Part shown: one piece after another, positions 29,791 to 47,424 of the stretch
Numbering within the stretch: the stretch's first letter is position 1
Layout of the letters: each line of letters begins with the position of its first letter
DNA from: the human T2T-CHM13v2.0 reference genome, Homo sapiens
Direction: 5' to 3' (one strand)
NCBI RefSeq assembly: GCF_009914755.1
Contig: NC_060928.1
DNA length: 64,000 nucleotides
Notes under the pieces: generated by a model
What the model was told of the DNA's origin: nothing
Seen by the model: only the letters and a program-made list of their open reading frames with translations
Databases searched by the model: none
Translations under genes and position numbers: made by a program

Positions 29791-30114
29791 TTTTTTTTTT
29801 TTTTTTTTAAGTTATGTATAGATAGTTCATTTAAAAAGAAATATAGGGGGAGGAGCCAAGATGGCCGAATAGGAACAGCTCCGGTCTACAGCTCCCAGTG
29901 TGAGTGACGCAGAAGAGGGGTGATTTCTGCATTTCCATCTGAGGTACCGGGTTCATCTCACTAGGGAGTGCCAGACAGTGGGCGCAGGTCAGTGGGTGCG
30001 CGCACCGTGCGCGAGCTGAAACAGGACCAGGCATTGCCTCACTCGGGAAGCACAAGGGGTCAGGGAGTTCCCTTTCCTAGTCAAAGAAAGTGGTGACAGA
30101 CGGCACCTGGAAAA

Positions 30115-30297
30115 TCAGGTCACTCCCACCCAAATACTGCACTTTACCAACAGGCTTAAAAAACGGCGCACCACGAGATTATATCCCACACCTGGCTCGG
30201 AGGGTCCTATGCCCACAGAGTCTCGCTGATTGCTAGCACAGCAGTCTGAGATCAAACTGCAAGGCCGCAGCAAGGCTGGGGGAGGGGCGCCCGCCAT
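30115..30297 (-). pseudogene. L1 ORF0 (antisense), prematurely terminated
   Basis: MAGAPPPALLRPCSLISDCCASNQRDSVGIGPSEPGVGY...VGVT* matches primate L1 ORF0 but stops after 60 aa. Confidence 0.85.
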
Positions 30298-30752
30298 TGC
30301 CCAGGCTTGCTTAGGTAAACAAAGCAGCCAGGAAGCTCGAACTGGGTGGAGCCCACCACAGCTCAAGGAGGCCTGCCTGCCTCTGTAGGCTCCACCTCTG
30401 GGGGCAGGGCACAGACAAACAAAAAGACAGCAGTAACCTCTGCAGACTTAAATGTCCCTGTCTGACAGCTTTGAAGAGAGCAGTGGTTCTCCCAGCACGC
30501 AGCTGGAGATCTGAGAACGGGCACACTGCCTCCTCAAGTGGGTCCCTGACCCCTGACCCCCGAGCAGTCTAACTGGGAGGCACCGCCCAACAGGGGCAGA
30601 CTGACACCTCACATGGCCAGGTACTCCCACAGACCTGCAGCTAACGGTATTGTCTGTGAGAAGGAAAACTAACAAACAGAAAGGACATCCACACCAAAAA
30701 CCCATCTGTACATCACGATCATCAAAGACCAAAAGTAGATAAAACCACAAAG

Positions 30753-31770
30753 ATGGGAAAAAAAACAGAGCAGAAAAAATGGAAACTCTAAAAAGCAGAG
30801 TGCCTCTCCTCCTCCAAAGGAACGCAGTTCCTCACCAGCAACGGAACAAAGCTGGACGGAGAATGACTTTGACGAGCTGAGAGAAGAAGGCTTCAGACGA
30901 TCAAATTACTCTGAGCTACGGGAGGAAATTCAAACGAAAGGCAAACAAGTTGAAAACTTTGAAAAAAATTTAGAAGAATGTATAACTAGAAAAACCAATA
31001 CAGAGAAGTGCTTAAAGGAGCTGATGGAGCTGAAAACCAAGGCTCGAGAACTACATGAAGAATGCAGGAGCCTCAGGAGCCGATGCGATCAACTGGAAGA
31101 AAGGGTATCAGCAATGGAAGATGAAATGAATGAAATGAAGTGAGAAGGGAAGTTTAGAGAAAAAAGAATAAAAAGAAATGAGCAAAGCCTCCAAGAAATA
31201 TGGGACTATGTGAAAAGACCAAATCTACGTCTGATTGGTGTACCAGAAAGTGATGGGGAGAATGGAACCAAGTTGGAAAACACTCTGCAGGATATTATCC
31301 AGGAGAACTTCCCCAATCTAGCAAGGCAGGCCAATGTTCAGATTCAGGAAATACAGAGAATGCCACAAAGATACTCCTCGAGAAGAGCAACTCCAAGACA
31401 CATAATTGTCAGATTCACCAAAGTTGAAATGAAGGAAAAAATGTTAAGGGCAGCCAGAGAGAAAGGTCGGGTTACCCTCAAAGGGAAGCCCATCAGACTA
31501 ACAGCAGGTCTCTCGGCAGAAACCCTACAAGCCAGAAGAGAGTGGGGGTCAATATTCAACATTCTTAAATAAAAGAATCTTCAACCCAGAATTTCATATC
31601 CAGCCAAACTAAGCTTCATAAGTGAAGGAGAAATAAAATACTTTACAGACAAGCAAATGCTGGGAGACTTTGTCACCACCACGCCTGCCCTAAAAGAGCT
31701 CCTCAAGGAAGCGCTAAACATGGAAAGGAACAACCGGTACCAGCCGCTGCAAAATCATGCCAAAATGTAA
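30753..31770 (+). pseudogene. L1 ORF1p, disrupted
   Basis: ATG at 30753 followed by an A run with an extra base; in-frame TGA at 31141 and TAA at 31570; fragment KRPNLRLIGVPESDGENG. Confidence 0.93.
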
Positions 31771-31833
31771 AGACCATCGAGACTAGGAAGAAACTGCATC
31801 AACTAACGAGCAAAATAACCAGCTAACATCATA

Positions 31834-35660
<3,827 letters not shown>

Positions 35661-35925
35661 ACAATGAGAACACATGGACACAGGAAGGGGAACATCACAC
35701 TCTGGGGACTGTTGTGGGGTGGGGGGAGCGGGGAGGGATAGCATTGGGAGATATACTTAATGCTAGATGATGAGTTAGTGGGTGCAGCGCACCAGCATGG
35801 CACATGTATACATATGTAACTAACCTGCACATTGTGCACATGTACCCTAAAACTTAAAGTATAATAATAAAAAATAAATAAATAAATAAATAAAATTGAA
35901 ATTAATACAAAAAAATTAAAAAAAA

Positions 35926-36283
35926 AGAAAACGTGGTACATATGCACCATGGAATACTATGCAGCCATAAAAAGAAATGAGATCATGTCCTTTGCAGGGA
36001 CATAGATGAAGCTGGAAGCCATCATTTTCAGCAAACTAACACAAGAATGGAAAACCAAACACTGCATGTTCTCACTCGTAAGTGGGAGTTCAACACTGAG
36101 AACACATGGACACAGAGAGGGAATAACACACACCAGGGCCTGTTAGGGGGTGGGGAGGTGAGGGGAGAGAACTTAGAGGATGGGTTAGTAGGTGCAGCCA
36201 ATCACCAAGGCACATGTATACCTATGTAACAAACCTACATGTTCTGCACATGTACCCCGTTTTTTTTTAGAAGAAATAAAAAA
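35926..36283 (+). mobile_element. 3' fragment of an older L1PA (L1PA12-like)
   Basis: aagaaaacgtggtacatatgcaccatgg...; its 3'UTR (gaacttagaggatggg...ttttagaagaaataaa) differs from that of the adjacent young L1. Confidence 0.85.
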
Positions 36284-36879
36284 TCATGAGTTTTTTTGTG
36301 AAAATAAATAAATAAATAAAAATAAATGTAAATATCATTTATATATGTATAAACTCAATCAAAATTAAATATGTAAAATTAATACATGAATACACTATTT
36401 CTTATTTCTTAGTTTGGCACTGTTGGATAATACATTATGTCAGCCAGTATGTAGAGAAACAGACATTCCCATATATTAGTGTCAATGTGGAAACTGAAAC
36501 AGTTTCTCTGGAGGACAAGTTGATGTCTATCAAAATTTTAAATGAACATCCACAGATTAATTCTAGCTCTAAGAATCTATCTGTTTGCAAAGATATGGTG
36601 AGTATTCACTGTAATGGTGATTATAACAAAAAAAAGAGCTTAAAATCAATCTAAATGTCTACCTATCCAGAAAGCATGAATATACAAGTTTCTATGCAAA
36701 TGGTAGCATCTATAATACTGCTCTGCATATTGTTCTTTTCTTAAAAATGTGTCTTGGAGATTATTCCTTTTCAGTATGTACAGATATGCTTTATTCATTT
36801 TTGCAGTTACATAAACCATCCTTCACATTTCTGATACCTTTCTGTCTGTATTTCTTGACTCTGATACCTTTCTTTCTGT

Positions 36880-38478
36880 CTGCATTTCTTGAAGTTTTCC
36901 ATACTGCTGTATCCAAACTCTCTCCTCCATCACAGAAAAAAGGAAACATCCTGTTCATCCTCACCCCTCTTCACCTGATGCCCTATCTCTCTCTTTCGGT
37001 AGGTGACTAAACTTCTCCAAAGTGTTCACACAGTTCCTCAACCACAACACATTCTTCAACTCTTTCATCTGTCCCTGCTCCCATTAGTCCAACAAAACAG
37101 CTGCAAATAAGGCCATCAGTATTCATATCACTGAATACAAGTTGTTTTCTCCAACATTTTGTTTTCTCCAACCAATAGTCTTACTTACCCTTGTCTACCA
37201 CTCAGTGGGTTCTCCTTGGCTTCTTTGATGGAAGGTTTTTGTGTTTTGCATTCTACTTTTAATAGTCATTCATTTCCTACCTTCTTCTTGCCCATTAAAT
37301 CTTAGAGTTCCTCAAGTCTTCGTCCTAGGCCCTCTCCTCTCCTCACTGTACTCTCTCCCTGGGCTAAAATACACCAACACGTTAGTTATCATTCCTAACC
37401 TAATGATCCCCTTGTATGTCCAGCCTAGACCTCTCCTCTGAGTTCCAGCCTCATATATCCAGCTGCCTATTTAACCAACATCTCTACTTGACCATCTTCT
37501 GTTGGAAGTCATGCAAGTATCTCAAACTCAGCAGGTCTAAAATTAGCTTATAAAGTTCCCCAAAAATCTAAGTTTAATTTCCAGTGTTTCCTATGCCACT
37601 GAATGTTATCATAACTCATCCAGTGGCAAAAGCCAGATGCCTCAGATTCATCTTTGATGCTTTCCTCTCTCCCTCAATCCATCATAAAATCATGCCTATT
37701 TGATCCCAAGTACCTTTCAAATATGCCCACTACTTTCTGTCTCCACCACAGCCATCAAATGAATGATACCTTCATTTCTCACAAGGCAACTCTTCAAAAT
37801 GTTCTAGCCCATTCACTGTCACCACCCTCCCCAAACCAGTCTACACAGCAGCCAGTGATCTGTTAAATATGAACCCCAATCATGCCACATCCCTGCTTTG
37901 AACATTAGTGGTATTCTTGGAATAAAGACAAACTACCCTACTATGGCTTATGAGCCCCTGGCCCCTGGCTGTCTAGCAATAGCTCATACATTTCTTATGC
38001 CTTAGCCATGCTTCTTTGCTTTAATTCCCTCATTTTGCCATGTTCCCTCCCACCGAAGGTCTTTGCACAAACTGTCCCTCTGTTAAGAACACCCTTCCCT
38101 CCTTTTCTTGTCTAACAGTGCCTATTTATCATATATCGTATATATGCTTCTTTATATCTTTATGTGCTCAAGGGTCTCTTTCCTGCCATCTGACTATTTA
38201 TCAAAATCTTCCTGTTAAAACACCTATAGCACCATTTATCTCTCCTACTTAGCTAGCAACTGTTATAGTTGTAGTTTTACATTGATTTTTGTAATTGTTT
38301 TATTAAAATCTATCTCCTCCTTTAGACCATAACCTGAGAACCATGTATAATGTTTCATTGTACAATATATTCGTTGTATAATGAAATACGTTGTACCTTT
38401 ACAATGTATTCATTGTAGCCCCAGCACAATGGTAAATGATATATGGTAAATGCTTAATAAGTATTTGTTTAATGAATG
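36880..38478 (+). mobile_element. L2 LINE 3' region
   Basis: L2 motifs (gtcctaggccctctcctct; tccagcctagacctctcctctgagttccag) and tail atgcttaataagtatttgtttaatgaatg. Confidence 0.85.
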
Positions 38479-40956
38479 CCAAAAATCAGTTCAGAATCAA
38501 GCAAGCATTCGCTGTAACTCCATTCTCCCTAATTGGAGAAAGAATGATATTACAAAAATATTAAAATGTAGTGGCTATGAGGGACAATGCCTATGGAAAG
38601 GTCAGAGATTTCTTGAATATTCTGAGAATGAGTGATCAGAACAAGAGTGGGGCCAGTAATTAACAAACAGATATTTAGGGATATCAAGTTAAAATAGGAC
38701 ACTGGGTTTTGTGTTAGTTTGTTGAGTTAGGGGTGTGGTGACATCCACCACAGTTGACATTTTTAGAAATAAACACACACCTGGCTGCATCATAAAAATG
38801 GCTCAAGACTCAAGCCATCATTTCTTTTTATATATCATAGTTTTACATATTTTGGGATATATATGATATTTTTAGAATGTATACAATGTGTAATGATCGA
38901 ATCATAGTAAAGTCACAATTTCTAACTGCTCTAGTGTGCCTATCTCTCAGTCCTAAATTGCAAATCCCAGCTACCTCTCCTCTAACAAGTTCAGCACACC
39001 TTCATTTTCTCTCTCCCTCAGTCTCCTTCTCACAAGCTTCCAGGTGCTTCTTGTGTTTTCCTTCCATTCTTCTCTGCCCTTAGAATCTAAGAGGCCCCTT
39101 CAGCATGCTTCACTGCCACCCCTCACTATCACTCTTAATTCTGCCAACCTATAGGAACAGAACAGACTAGCATTCAATCTTAACTAGGAGTCTGCAGGAC
39201 AAAGTGGAGTACTTAGCAGCCTGGTGAGGATTTGACATTTACCAGGAGAAAGATTTATTTGGTTAATTGAAATTGTGAAAAAAGTTGAGTTTGCCAAAAT
39301 ACAGAACAAAGAGAGAGGTCAGAGGATTGAACCTTGTGAAATAACTACCTTCAGAAATTAAGGAGAAGATAAGCAGCCATTGTCCGTAAAACCATTCTCC
39401 ACAGAGATGGCAAACCACTCAGTCTCTAAAGAAGAATTCAGTTCACCGAGTATTTTGAGCGCCTGGTATGTGACTGATGGGGACTACTTGTATTAAAGAC
39501 AGTGAAAATCAGGCACTGTTTGGATGTTCAGTTCCAAAATGGTGGTATAGAGGCAAGCTGGCTTTACTGCCCACCACCAACAGAAAATAAAAAACAAATT
39601 TGCAACAGTGAGATTATTGTCAAGAATATCCCACAACTCAAATATGAAGATGAGACAATTCCTAGAACCGCAGAGAAATGAAATAACTTATAGCAGATTG
39701 TAAGAGAATCAGATTTCCACATCTGCAACACGACTTATCCCATACTGCCTGGCACCAAGCATGTGGAAATTTTTCCTCAACTTATTGTTTCTACACTGAG
39801 CAAAGTGATACCAAGGTGGACAACCACTTCCCCACCATCTTGGGTTCTCTTGAAGGACACCTGTCCCTGCCTTAACCCACATGAAGCATTACAAGTGCCT
39901 GAAGGGAGAAATATCCATAAAGACAGGCAGAGACAAAAGGGGGAGGTGGGACTATCATCCCAGCCCTGGAAGCTCTGGACTGTAACTCAGCCAAAGGAAA
40001 CACCAAATTAAAGTGGCTATTCAGCAGCACCATGCTGTAGGAGGTTTGTCCCACAAGTACCCTGAGCAGGAACCCATAGCTAGTCTTTCCACTTCCAGGA
40101 CATCCCCTTTGGGACCTCCCGTATTTGACAAAGGCAGTGCTCTGAGTGTTTACTAGAGCCAAGGTGAACGTAGGCACAAGACATCACCTAGAGCCAAAAG
40201 GAGGCAGTAAACTAGTAGTAAAGAACCTCTAAGCAAATATATCCAACAAAAACCGAAACAACCAGACAGGGATACAGGAATAATTAACTAATCTTTCAAT
40301 GCAAAGATATACACCCACAAGAAATAACAGCAAACAGAGAACTTCAATCTTCCCAAATGGGCAAAGCAAGGAACCAGTAACTGACCCTAATGATATGGCA
40401 ATATATGAGCTCTTGTGACCAATAATTCAAAATAGTAGTGTTAAGAAAACTTACTAATTTCTAAGATAATACAAAAAAGCAATCCAGAAATTTATCAGAG
40501 AAAGTTAACAAAAAGATTGTAAGAATTTTTAAAAATCAAACAAATCTTGGAACTGTGAAATATATTTGCTGAACTGAAAAATTCATTCAAGGCTCTTAAC
40601 AGCTGAATGGATCAAGCAGAGGAAAGCATCAGTGAACTTGAAAACAGGCTATTGGAAAATACACAGTCAGGGGAGACCAAAGAAAAAAAGAATGAAAGTG
40701 ACAAAGATTGCCTACAAGATACAGAAAATTAACTAAAAAGACCAAATCAAAGAACTATTGATGTTCAAGGGGTAATTGAGCAAGAGCAAGAAGTAGAAAG
40801 CTTATTCAAATAATTAATAACAAAAAAACTTTTCAAAACTTAAGAGATAAATATCTAGGTACAGGACAGTCAGAGAACATCAAACATATTTGACCCATAT
40901 AAGACTACCTCAAGGCACATATTAACAAAACCTTCAAAAGTCCTCAAAGGTCAAGG

Positions 40957-41045
40957 GAACCGGGACACAGAGGTTGCAGTGAGCCGAGATTGCTCCACTG
41001 CATTCCAGCCTGGGCGACACAGCAAGACTGAAAAAAACAAAAAAG
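40957..41045 (+). mobile_element. Short Alu 3' fragment
   Basis: gaggttgcagtgagccgagattgctccactgcattccagcctgggcgac plus A tail. Confidence 0.88.
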
Positions 41046-41948
41046 GTCAAGAATAAACAGAAAATCCTAAAAGGAGCCAGAGAAAAGAATCAAGTAACAT
41101 ATAAAAGAGCTTCCATTTGTCTGGCAACTGACTTCTCAGTGAAAACCATACAGGCCAGGAAACGGGAACAACATTTTCAAAGCACTGAAAGAAATAATTG
41201 CCATCCAAGAATATTGTATCTAGCAAAGCTATCCTTCAAATGTGAAGGAAAGATAGTCTTTCCCACACCCAGAAGAACAAAAGCTGAGTGAATTTACCAC
41301 CACCAGATTCACCTTATAAGAAATGCTAAAGGGAATTCTTCAATCTTAAAACAAAACAAAACAAAACAATAACATGTGAAAAAATACTGAAGGTATAAAA
41401 CCTCCCAATAAAATGAAGTATGCAAATGGACCCAGAATACTACAACTATGATTGTACAATCCACTCATAACTCTAGTATGAAGCTCCCAAAGACAAATAA
41501 ATCACAAACAATAATAGCTATTACAACCTCTTAAGAAACAGGTAAAATGAAAATATATAAATTGAGACAACTACAAGTCAAAATGTGTGGGGATGAAGTT
41601 AAAGTGTAGGATTCCTTTTTATTTTTTCTGTTTCTATTTTCTTTGTGATCTAAGATAATTTGTCAACTCTTTTAAAATAACTATATAATTTATATAACTT
41701 ATTGATATAACTATATAGCTATATATAGGATTTTTTGAGAAACCTCATTGTAACCACAACACAAAAACCTATATATAGATTAAAATAAAACAGCAATGAA
41801 TTAAAACATACTACCAGAAAAAAAAATAACTTAATCACAAAGGAAGACAATAAGAAAGGAAGAGAGGAATCGCAAAACAACCAGAAAATAAGCAACAAAA
41901 TGAAAACAACAGCAGTAAGTCCTTACTTACTAGTAACAACACAGGATA

Positions 41949-42787
41949 TATATTAGTCAGGGTTCTCTTAGAGGGACAGAACTATATATAAAGAACCTAT
42001 TAGTTCCCTCATTTTCTCTCTCTCTCTATATATATATGTGTGTGTGTGTGTATATATATATGTATGTATATATATGTGTATGTGTATATATATATGTATG
42101 TGTATATATGTATGTTTATATATGTATGTGTATATATGTAAGTATACATATATGTATACTTTATATATGTATATATGTAAGTATACATATAGGTATACTT
42201 TATATATGTATATATGTATACTATATATACACATATGTATACTATATATACACATATGTATACTATATATACATATATATGTATACTATATATATATGTA
42301 TACTATATATATGTAAGTATACCTATGTGTATGTATATATATGTATGTGTGTATACATATATGTATGTGTGTGTATATATATATGTATGTGTATATATAT
42401 AAAGAGGAGTTTATTAAGTATTAACTTACATGATCACAAGGTCCCACAATAGGCCGTCTGCAGGCTGAGGAGAAATGAGAGCCAGTCTGAGTCCCAGGAC
42501 CGAAGAACTTGGAGTCCGATGTTCGAAGGAAGGAAGCATCCAGCATGGGAGAAAGATGTAGGCTGGGAGGCTAGGCCTGTCTTGTTCATTCATGTTTTTT
42601 CTGCCTGCTTCATATTTACTGGCAGCTGATTAGGTTGTGCCCACCAGATTAAGGGTGGGTCTGCCTTCCCCAGCCCACTGACTCAAATGTTAATCTCCTT
42701 TGTCTACACCCTCACAGACACACCCAGGGGATCGATACTTTGTATCCTTCAATCCAATCAAGTTGACACTCAATATTAATCATCACA
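41949..42787 (-). mobile_element. MLT2A (ERVL) solo LTR with an expanded TA/TG microsatellite (42027-42400)
   Basis: tatattagtcagggttctc ... gttgacactcaatattaatcatcaca; TSD ggata/ggatg. Confidence 0.9.
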
Positions 42788-45700
42788 GGATGTAAATAGA
42801 CTCAATTCTTCAATTAAAAGGCATAGAGTGGCTGAATAGATAAAAAAAGTAAGACCCAACTACATACTACTTTCAAGAATTCCACTTCACCTATATAGAC
42901 ACACACAGACTAAAAGTGAAAAGGTGAAAAAAGATATTTCATGCAACTGAAAATCAAAAAAGAGCAGGAGTAGCTATACTTAGATAAGAGAATACAAATC
43001 AAAGACTGTAAAAAGAGAAAAGACAGTGACTGTAAAATGATAAAGGCGTCAACTTAGCAAGAGAGTATATAATAATTACAAATCTCTATGCACACAACAC
43101 CAGGGCTCCCAAGTATATAAAACAAACATTAAAAATTTGAAGGTAGAGATAGACTACAAAACAATAATAGTAGGGGACTTTAACACCCTACTCTCGGTAA
43201 TGAACAGTTCATTCAAGCAAAAATAATCAACAAAGAAACATCAGAGTTAAAACTACACACTAGATCTAATATGCCTAACTGAAATTGATAGAACATTGCA
43301 CCCAATTGCTGCAGAATACACATTCTTTACATCAGCACATAGTATATTCTCCAGAATAGACCATATGCTAGGCAACAAAACAAGTCTGAACAAAATAAAA
43401 AAAAACAGAAATTATACCCAGTATTTTTTTCTTACGACAATGGAATAAAACTAGAAATCAATAACAAGAAAAACTTTGGAAACTTCATGAATACATATTA
43501 AATAATATGCTTTTGAATGACCATTGAGTTAAATAAATTAAGAAGGAAATTAACAATTTTCTTGAAGCATATAAAAATGGAAATAAAACATACCAAAATC
43601 TATGTGATACAGCAAAAGCAGTACTAAGAGAAAAATTTACAGCAATAAACACCTACATCTAAAAAGTAGAAAGACTTCAAATAAACATTCTAACAGTGCA
43701 CCTCCAGGAACTAGAAAAGCAAAAACAAATCAAGCCCAAAATTAGTAGAAGGAAAGAAATGATAAAGATTAGAGCAGAAATAAAAGACAGAAAGACCAAA
43801 ATAACAATACAAAAGATCAACAAAATGAAAATTTGGGTTTTTGAAAAGACAAATAGCATTGATAAACCTTTGGTTAGACTAACAAGAGAAGACAAAACTA
43901 CATAAACATCAGAAACAAAATATGAGACATAACAACTGAAACAATAGAAATATAACAAATCATTATGATCAATTCCATTTTAATCATAATATAGATTATG
44001 AACACTTATATGCCAATGAATTGGAAAACCTAGAAGGAATGGATAAATTCCTGGACACATGCAACCTACCAAGAATGAACCATGAAGAAATAGAAAACCT
44101 CAATAAACCAAAAATGAATAACAAGATTAATAGCTATAATAAAAAGTCTGCCTTCAAAGAAAAGCCCAGAATCAGATGGCTTTGCTGAATTTTACCAAAC
44201 ATTTAAAGAACTAATACCAATTCTACTCAAAGTCTTCAAAAAAATTTAAGAGAAGAGAATTCTCCCTCACCTGTTCTACAAGGCCAGCATTACCCTTCTA
44301 CCAAAACCAGACAAAGATACAACAACAAGAAAAAAGGAAAACTACAGGCCAGTATAACTGATAAAGATGCAAAAATCCGCAACAAAGAAACCAGCAAACT
44401 GAATTCAACAACACATTAAAAAGAGCACACAATATGATCAAATGGGATTAATCCCAGAAATGCAAAATGTTTCAACATATGCAAATCAATCAATTTGATA
44501 CATCATATAAACAGAATGAAGGAAAAACAACATACGATTATTTCGATAGATGCCAAAAACCTTCAATAAAATTTAACATCCCTTAACAATAAAACCTTCC
44601 TCAAACTGGGTACAGAAGAAACATACTTCAACATAATGAAGGCCATATATGACAAAACCACAACTAGCATTGTACTGGATGAGGAGAATTGAAGGCCTTT
44701 CTTCTAAGATCTGGAAAAAGGCAAGCATGCTCAGTTTCACCACTTTTATTTAATATAGTACTGGAAGTACTGGCCAGAGCATTTAGTCAAGAGAAAGAAA
44801 TAAGAACCATCCAAATTGGAAAGAGAAAATCAAATTAACGTTGTTCACAGATGATATAGTCTTATACTTAGAAAAACCTAAAGAACCCACACAAAAAATC
44901 TCTTAGATCTTCATAATGAATTCAGTGAAGTTGCATGATCCAAAATCAATGTACATAAATCAGTATAATGTATATAAGCCAACAGTGAACAACCTAAAAA
45001 AAATCAAGAAAGCAATCCCATTTATAATATCTACAAAGAACAAAAAATACCTAGGAATCCATTTAACCAAAGAAATGAAAGATCTATATAAGGAAAACTA
45101 TAGAAACACTGATGAAAGAAATTGAAAAAGACACCAAAAATGAAAAGATATTCCACGTTCATTGATTAGAAGAATATTGTTAAAATGACAACACTATCCA
45201 AAACAATTTACAGATTCAATGTGATACCTATCAATATTCCAATGACATTCTTCACAGAAATATAAAATGCATGGAATAACAAAAGACACCAAATAGTCAA
45301 AGCAATCCTGAGCAAAAAGAACAAAGGAAAGGCATCACACTACCTGACTTCAAATTTTACTACAAAGCCAGAGTAACCAGATCGTCATGGTACTGGCATA
45401 AAAACAGACATATAGACCAATGGAACAGAATAGAGAACCCAGATATATATTCACAAATTTACAGCCAACTTATCTTCAACAAAAGTACCAAGAACCTACA
45501 GTGGGGAAAGGACAATCTTTTTAATCAGTGATGTGGCAAAAAATGGATAGCTATATTATATGCAGAAGAATGAAACTAGAACCCCTCACCTTACCAAAAA
45601 TTTAAATCACAATGGATTAACAACTTAAATGTAAGACCTGAAGCTATGAAACTATTAGAAGAAAACATTGGAGAAACAATTCAGGGTATTGGTCTGGGTA

Positions 45701-46937
45701 TTTTTTTTGTGTGTAAGACCTCAAAAGCACAGCAACCACAGCAAAAATAGATAAATGAGATTATGTCAAGCTAAAAACCTTCTGCACAGTAAAGGAAACA
45801 ATCATCAAAGTAAAAACCCACAGAATGGGAGAAAATATTTGGAAACTAACCATCTGACAAGGGAATAGTAGCGAGAATATATACATATACATGTACATAT
45901 ATATATATCTCTCTCAAAACAACTCAATAGCAAAAAAAAATTTAATCTGATTTTTTAAATGGGCAAAAGATCTGAATAGACATTTCTCAAAAGAAGACAT
46001 ACAACTTGCCTAAAATGTGTACGTACAAATGCTCAATATCACTAATCATTAGAAAAATGCAAATAAAACCCACAATAAGATGTCATCTAACTCTAATTAA
46101 AGTGGTTTTATCAAAAAGGCAATAATGAACGCTGGCAAGGGTGGAGAGAAAGGGGAACCCTTGTACACTGTTGGAGTGTAATGTCGTGGTAGTCACTGTG
46201 AAGCACAATTTGGAGGTTCTTCAAAAAACTAAAAATGAAACTACCATATGATCCAGCAATTCCACTACTGGGTATATATACCCAAAAGAAAGGAAATCCA
46301 TATATCAAAAAGACATCTGCACTCCCATGTTTCTTGCAGCACTATTCACAATAGCCAAAATATGGAATTAACCCAAGTGCTTATCAGTCAATGAAAGGAT
46401 AAAGAAAATGGAATATATATATATAAAATAAAATATTATTCAGCCATAAAAAAATGAAATCCTCTCATTTGCAGCAACATGGATAGAACTGGAAGTCATT
46501 ACCTTAAGTGAAATAAGCCAGGCACGGAAAGACAAATATCACTTGTTCTCATTCATATGTGAGAGCTGAAAGGTGTATCTCATGGAAGTAGGGAGTATTT
46601 TGGTGGTTACCAGAGGCCAGGAAGGGTAGCAGGGAAGAGGGGATGAAGAGAAGTTGATTAATGGGTACAAATATACACTTTGATAGAAGAAATAAGACCT
46701 AGTGTTAGATAGATCAGCAGGGAGACTATCATTTACAACAATCTATTGTACATTTCAAAGTAGCTAGAATTCAAATGTTTCTAGCATAAAGAAAAGACAT
46801 ATTTAAGGTGATTGATATTCCAAGTACACTGATTTGATCTTTGCCAATTATATGGGCATATTAACTTATCACACATATCTCAGAACTACATACATTTGTT
46901 ATGCATCAGTGAAAAAAAGAATCAGTCAGTCATTCAG

Positions 46938-47351
46938 TGTCAGGTGTTTTAAGTTGAGCTCCTTGGGAAGGAGACTCTCAGAAGGAGATTTGTATGGGGA
47001 AGGTTTACTGAGCAGTGCTAGTAAGAACATCTATAAAAGAGTAAGGGAAACATTAAACTGAGATACAGTTGCAAATGATCCCATGGGAAGCTCTGGGGCT
47101 GAGATTACTCTTCAGAAATGTCCTGAATTGAGGCAAGGGGATCAGGCCTTTACACTCCCACAATGAGCAGTTATTTGGTGTGAGCCATGGTTGGGATAAG
47201 GTATCATCTTTGAGGAGCAGTTTCATCAACTGAAGACTCCAGGAAAAACTCAGCTGTGAGCCACAGTAGTCAATACTTTCAGCAGCTGTGAGACTAAGTC
47301 CTTTAGTCCTTAAGGGGTAGGTCTGTGTAATGCATCACAACACTCACTACA
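46938..47351 (-). mobile_element. ERVL LTR (LTR33-like)
   Basis: gatcccatgggaagctctgggg...tgtcctgaattgaggcaagggg...cactaca. Confidence 0.65.
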
Positions 47352-47424
47352 AAGAAATAGTCAGTGGCACCTTTTGGGAGCAGGGAGGAAGAATAGGTGA
47401 ATAGAGTGAAGTCTGGGGTTTTCT

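Larger units (their letters stand above)
39521..46920 (+). mobile_element. Near-full-length old LINE-1 (L1MA-type) with nested Alu fragment and MLT2A LTR
   Basis: 5' gttccaaaatggtgg, degenerate ORF1 and ORF2 (LQELEKQKQIKPKISRRKEMIKIRAEI), L1MA-type 3'UTR ending in an A tail at ~46911-46920. Confidence 0.9.

Noticed and set aside
36829-36892. Small tandem duplications (also ~24049-24072, ~37142-37172, ~55246-55271, ~22061-22108)
   Set aside because: Ordinary slippage duplications with no sign of function.
41968-42452. Y/I/V/C/M-rich ORFs (also 49312-49944 and 53551-53884)
   Set aside because: Translations of TA/TG microsatellites.
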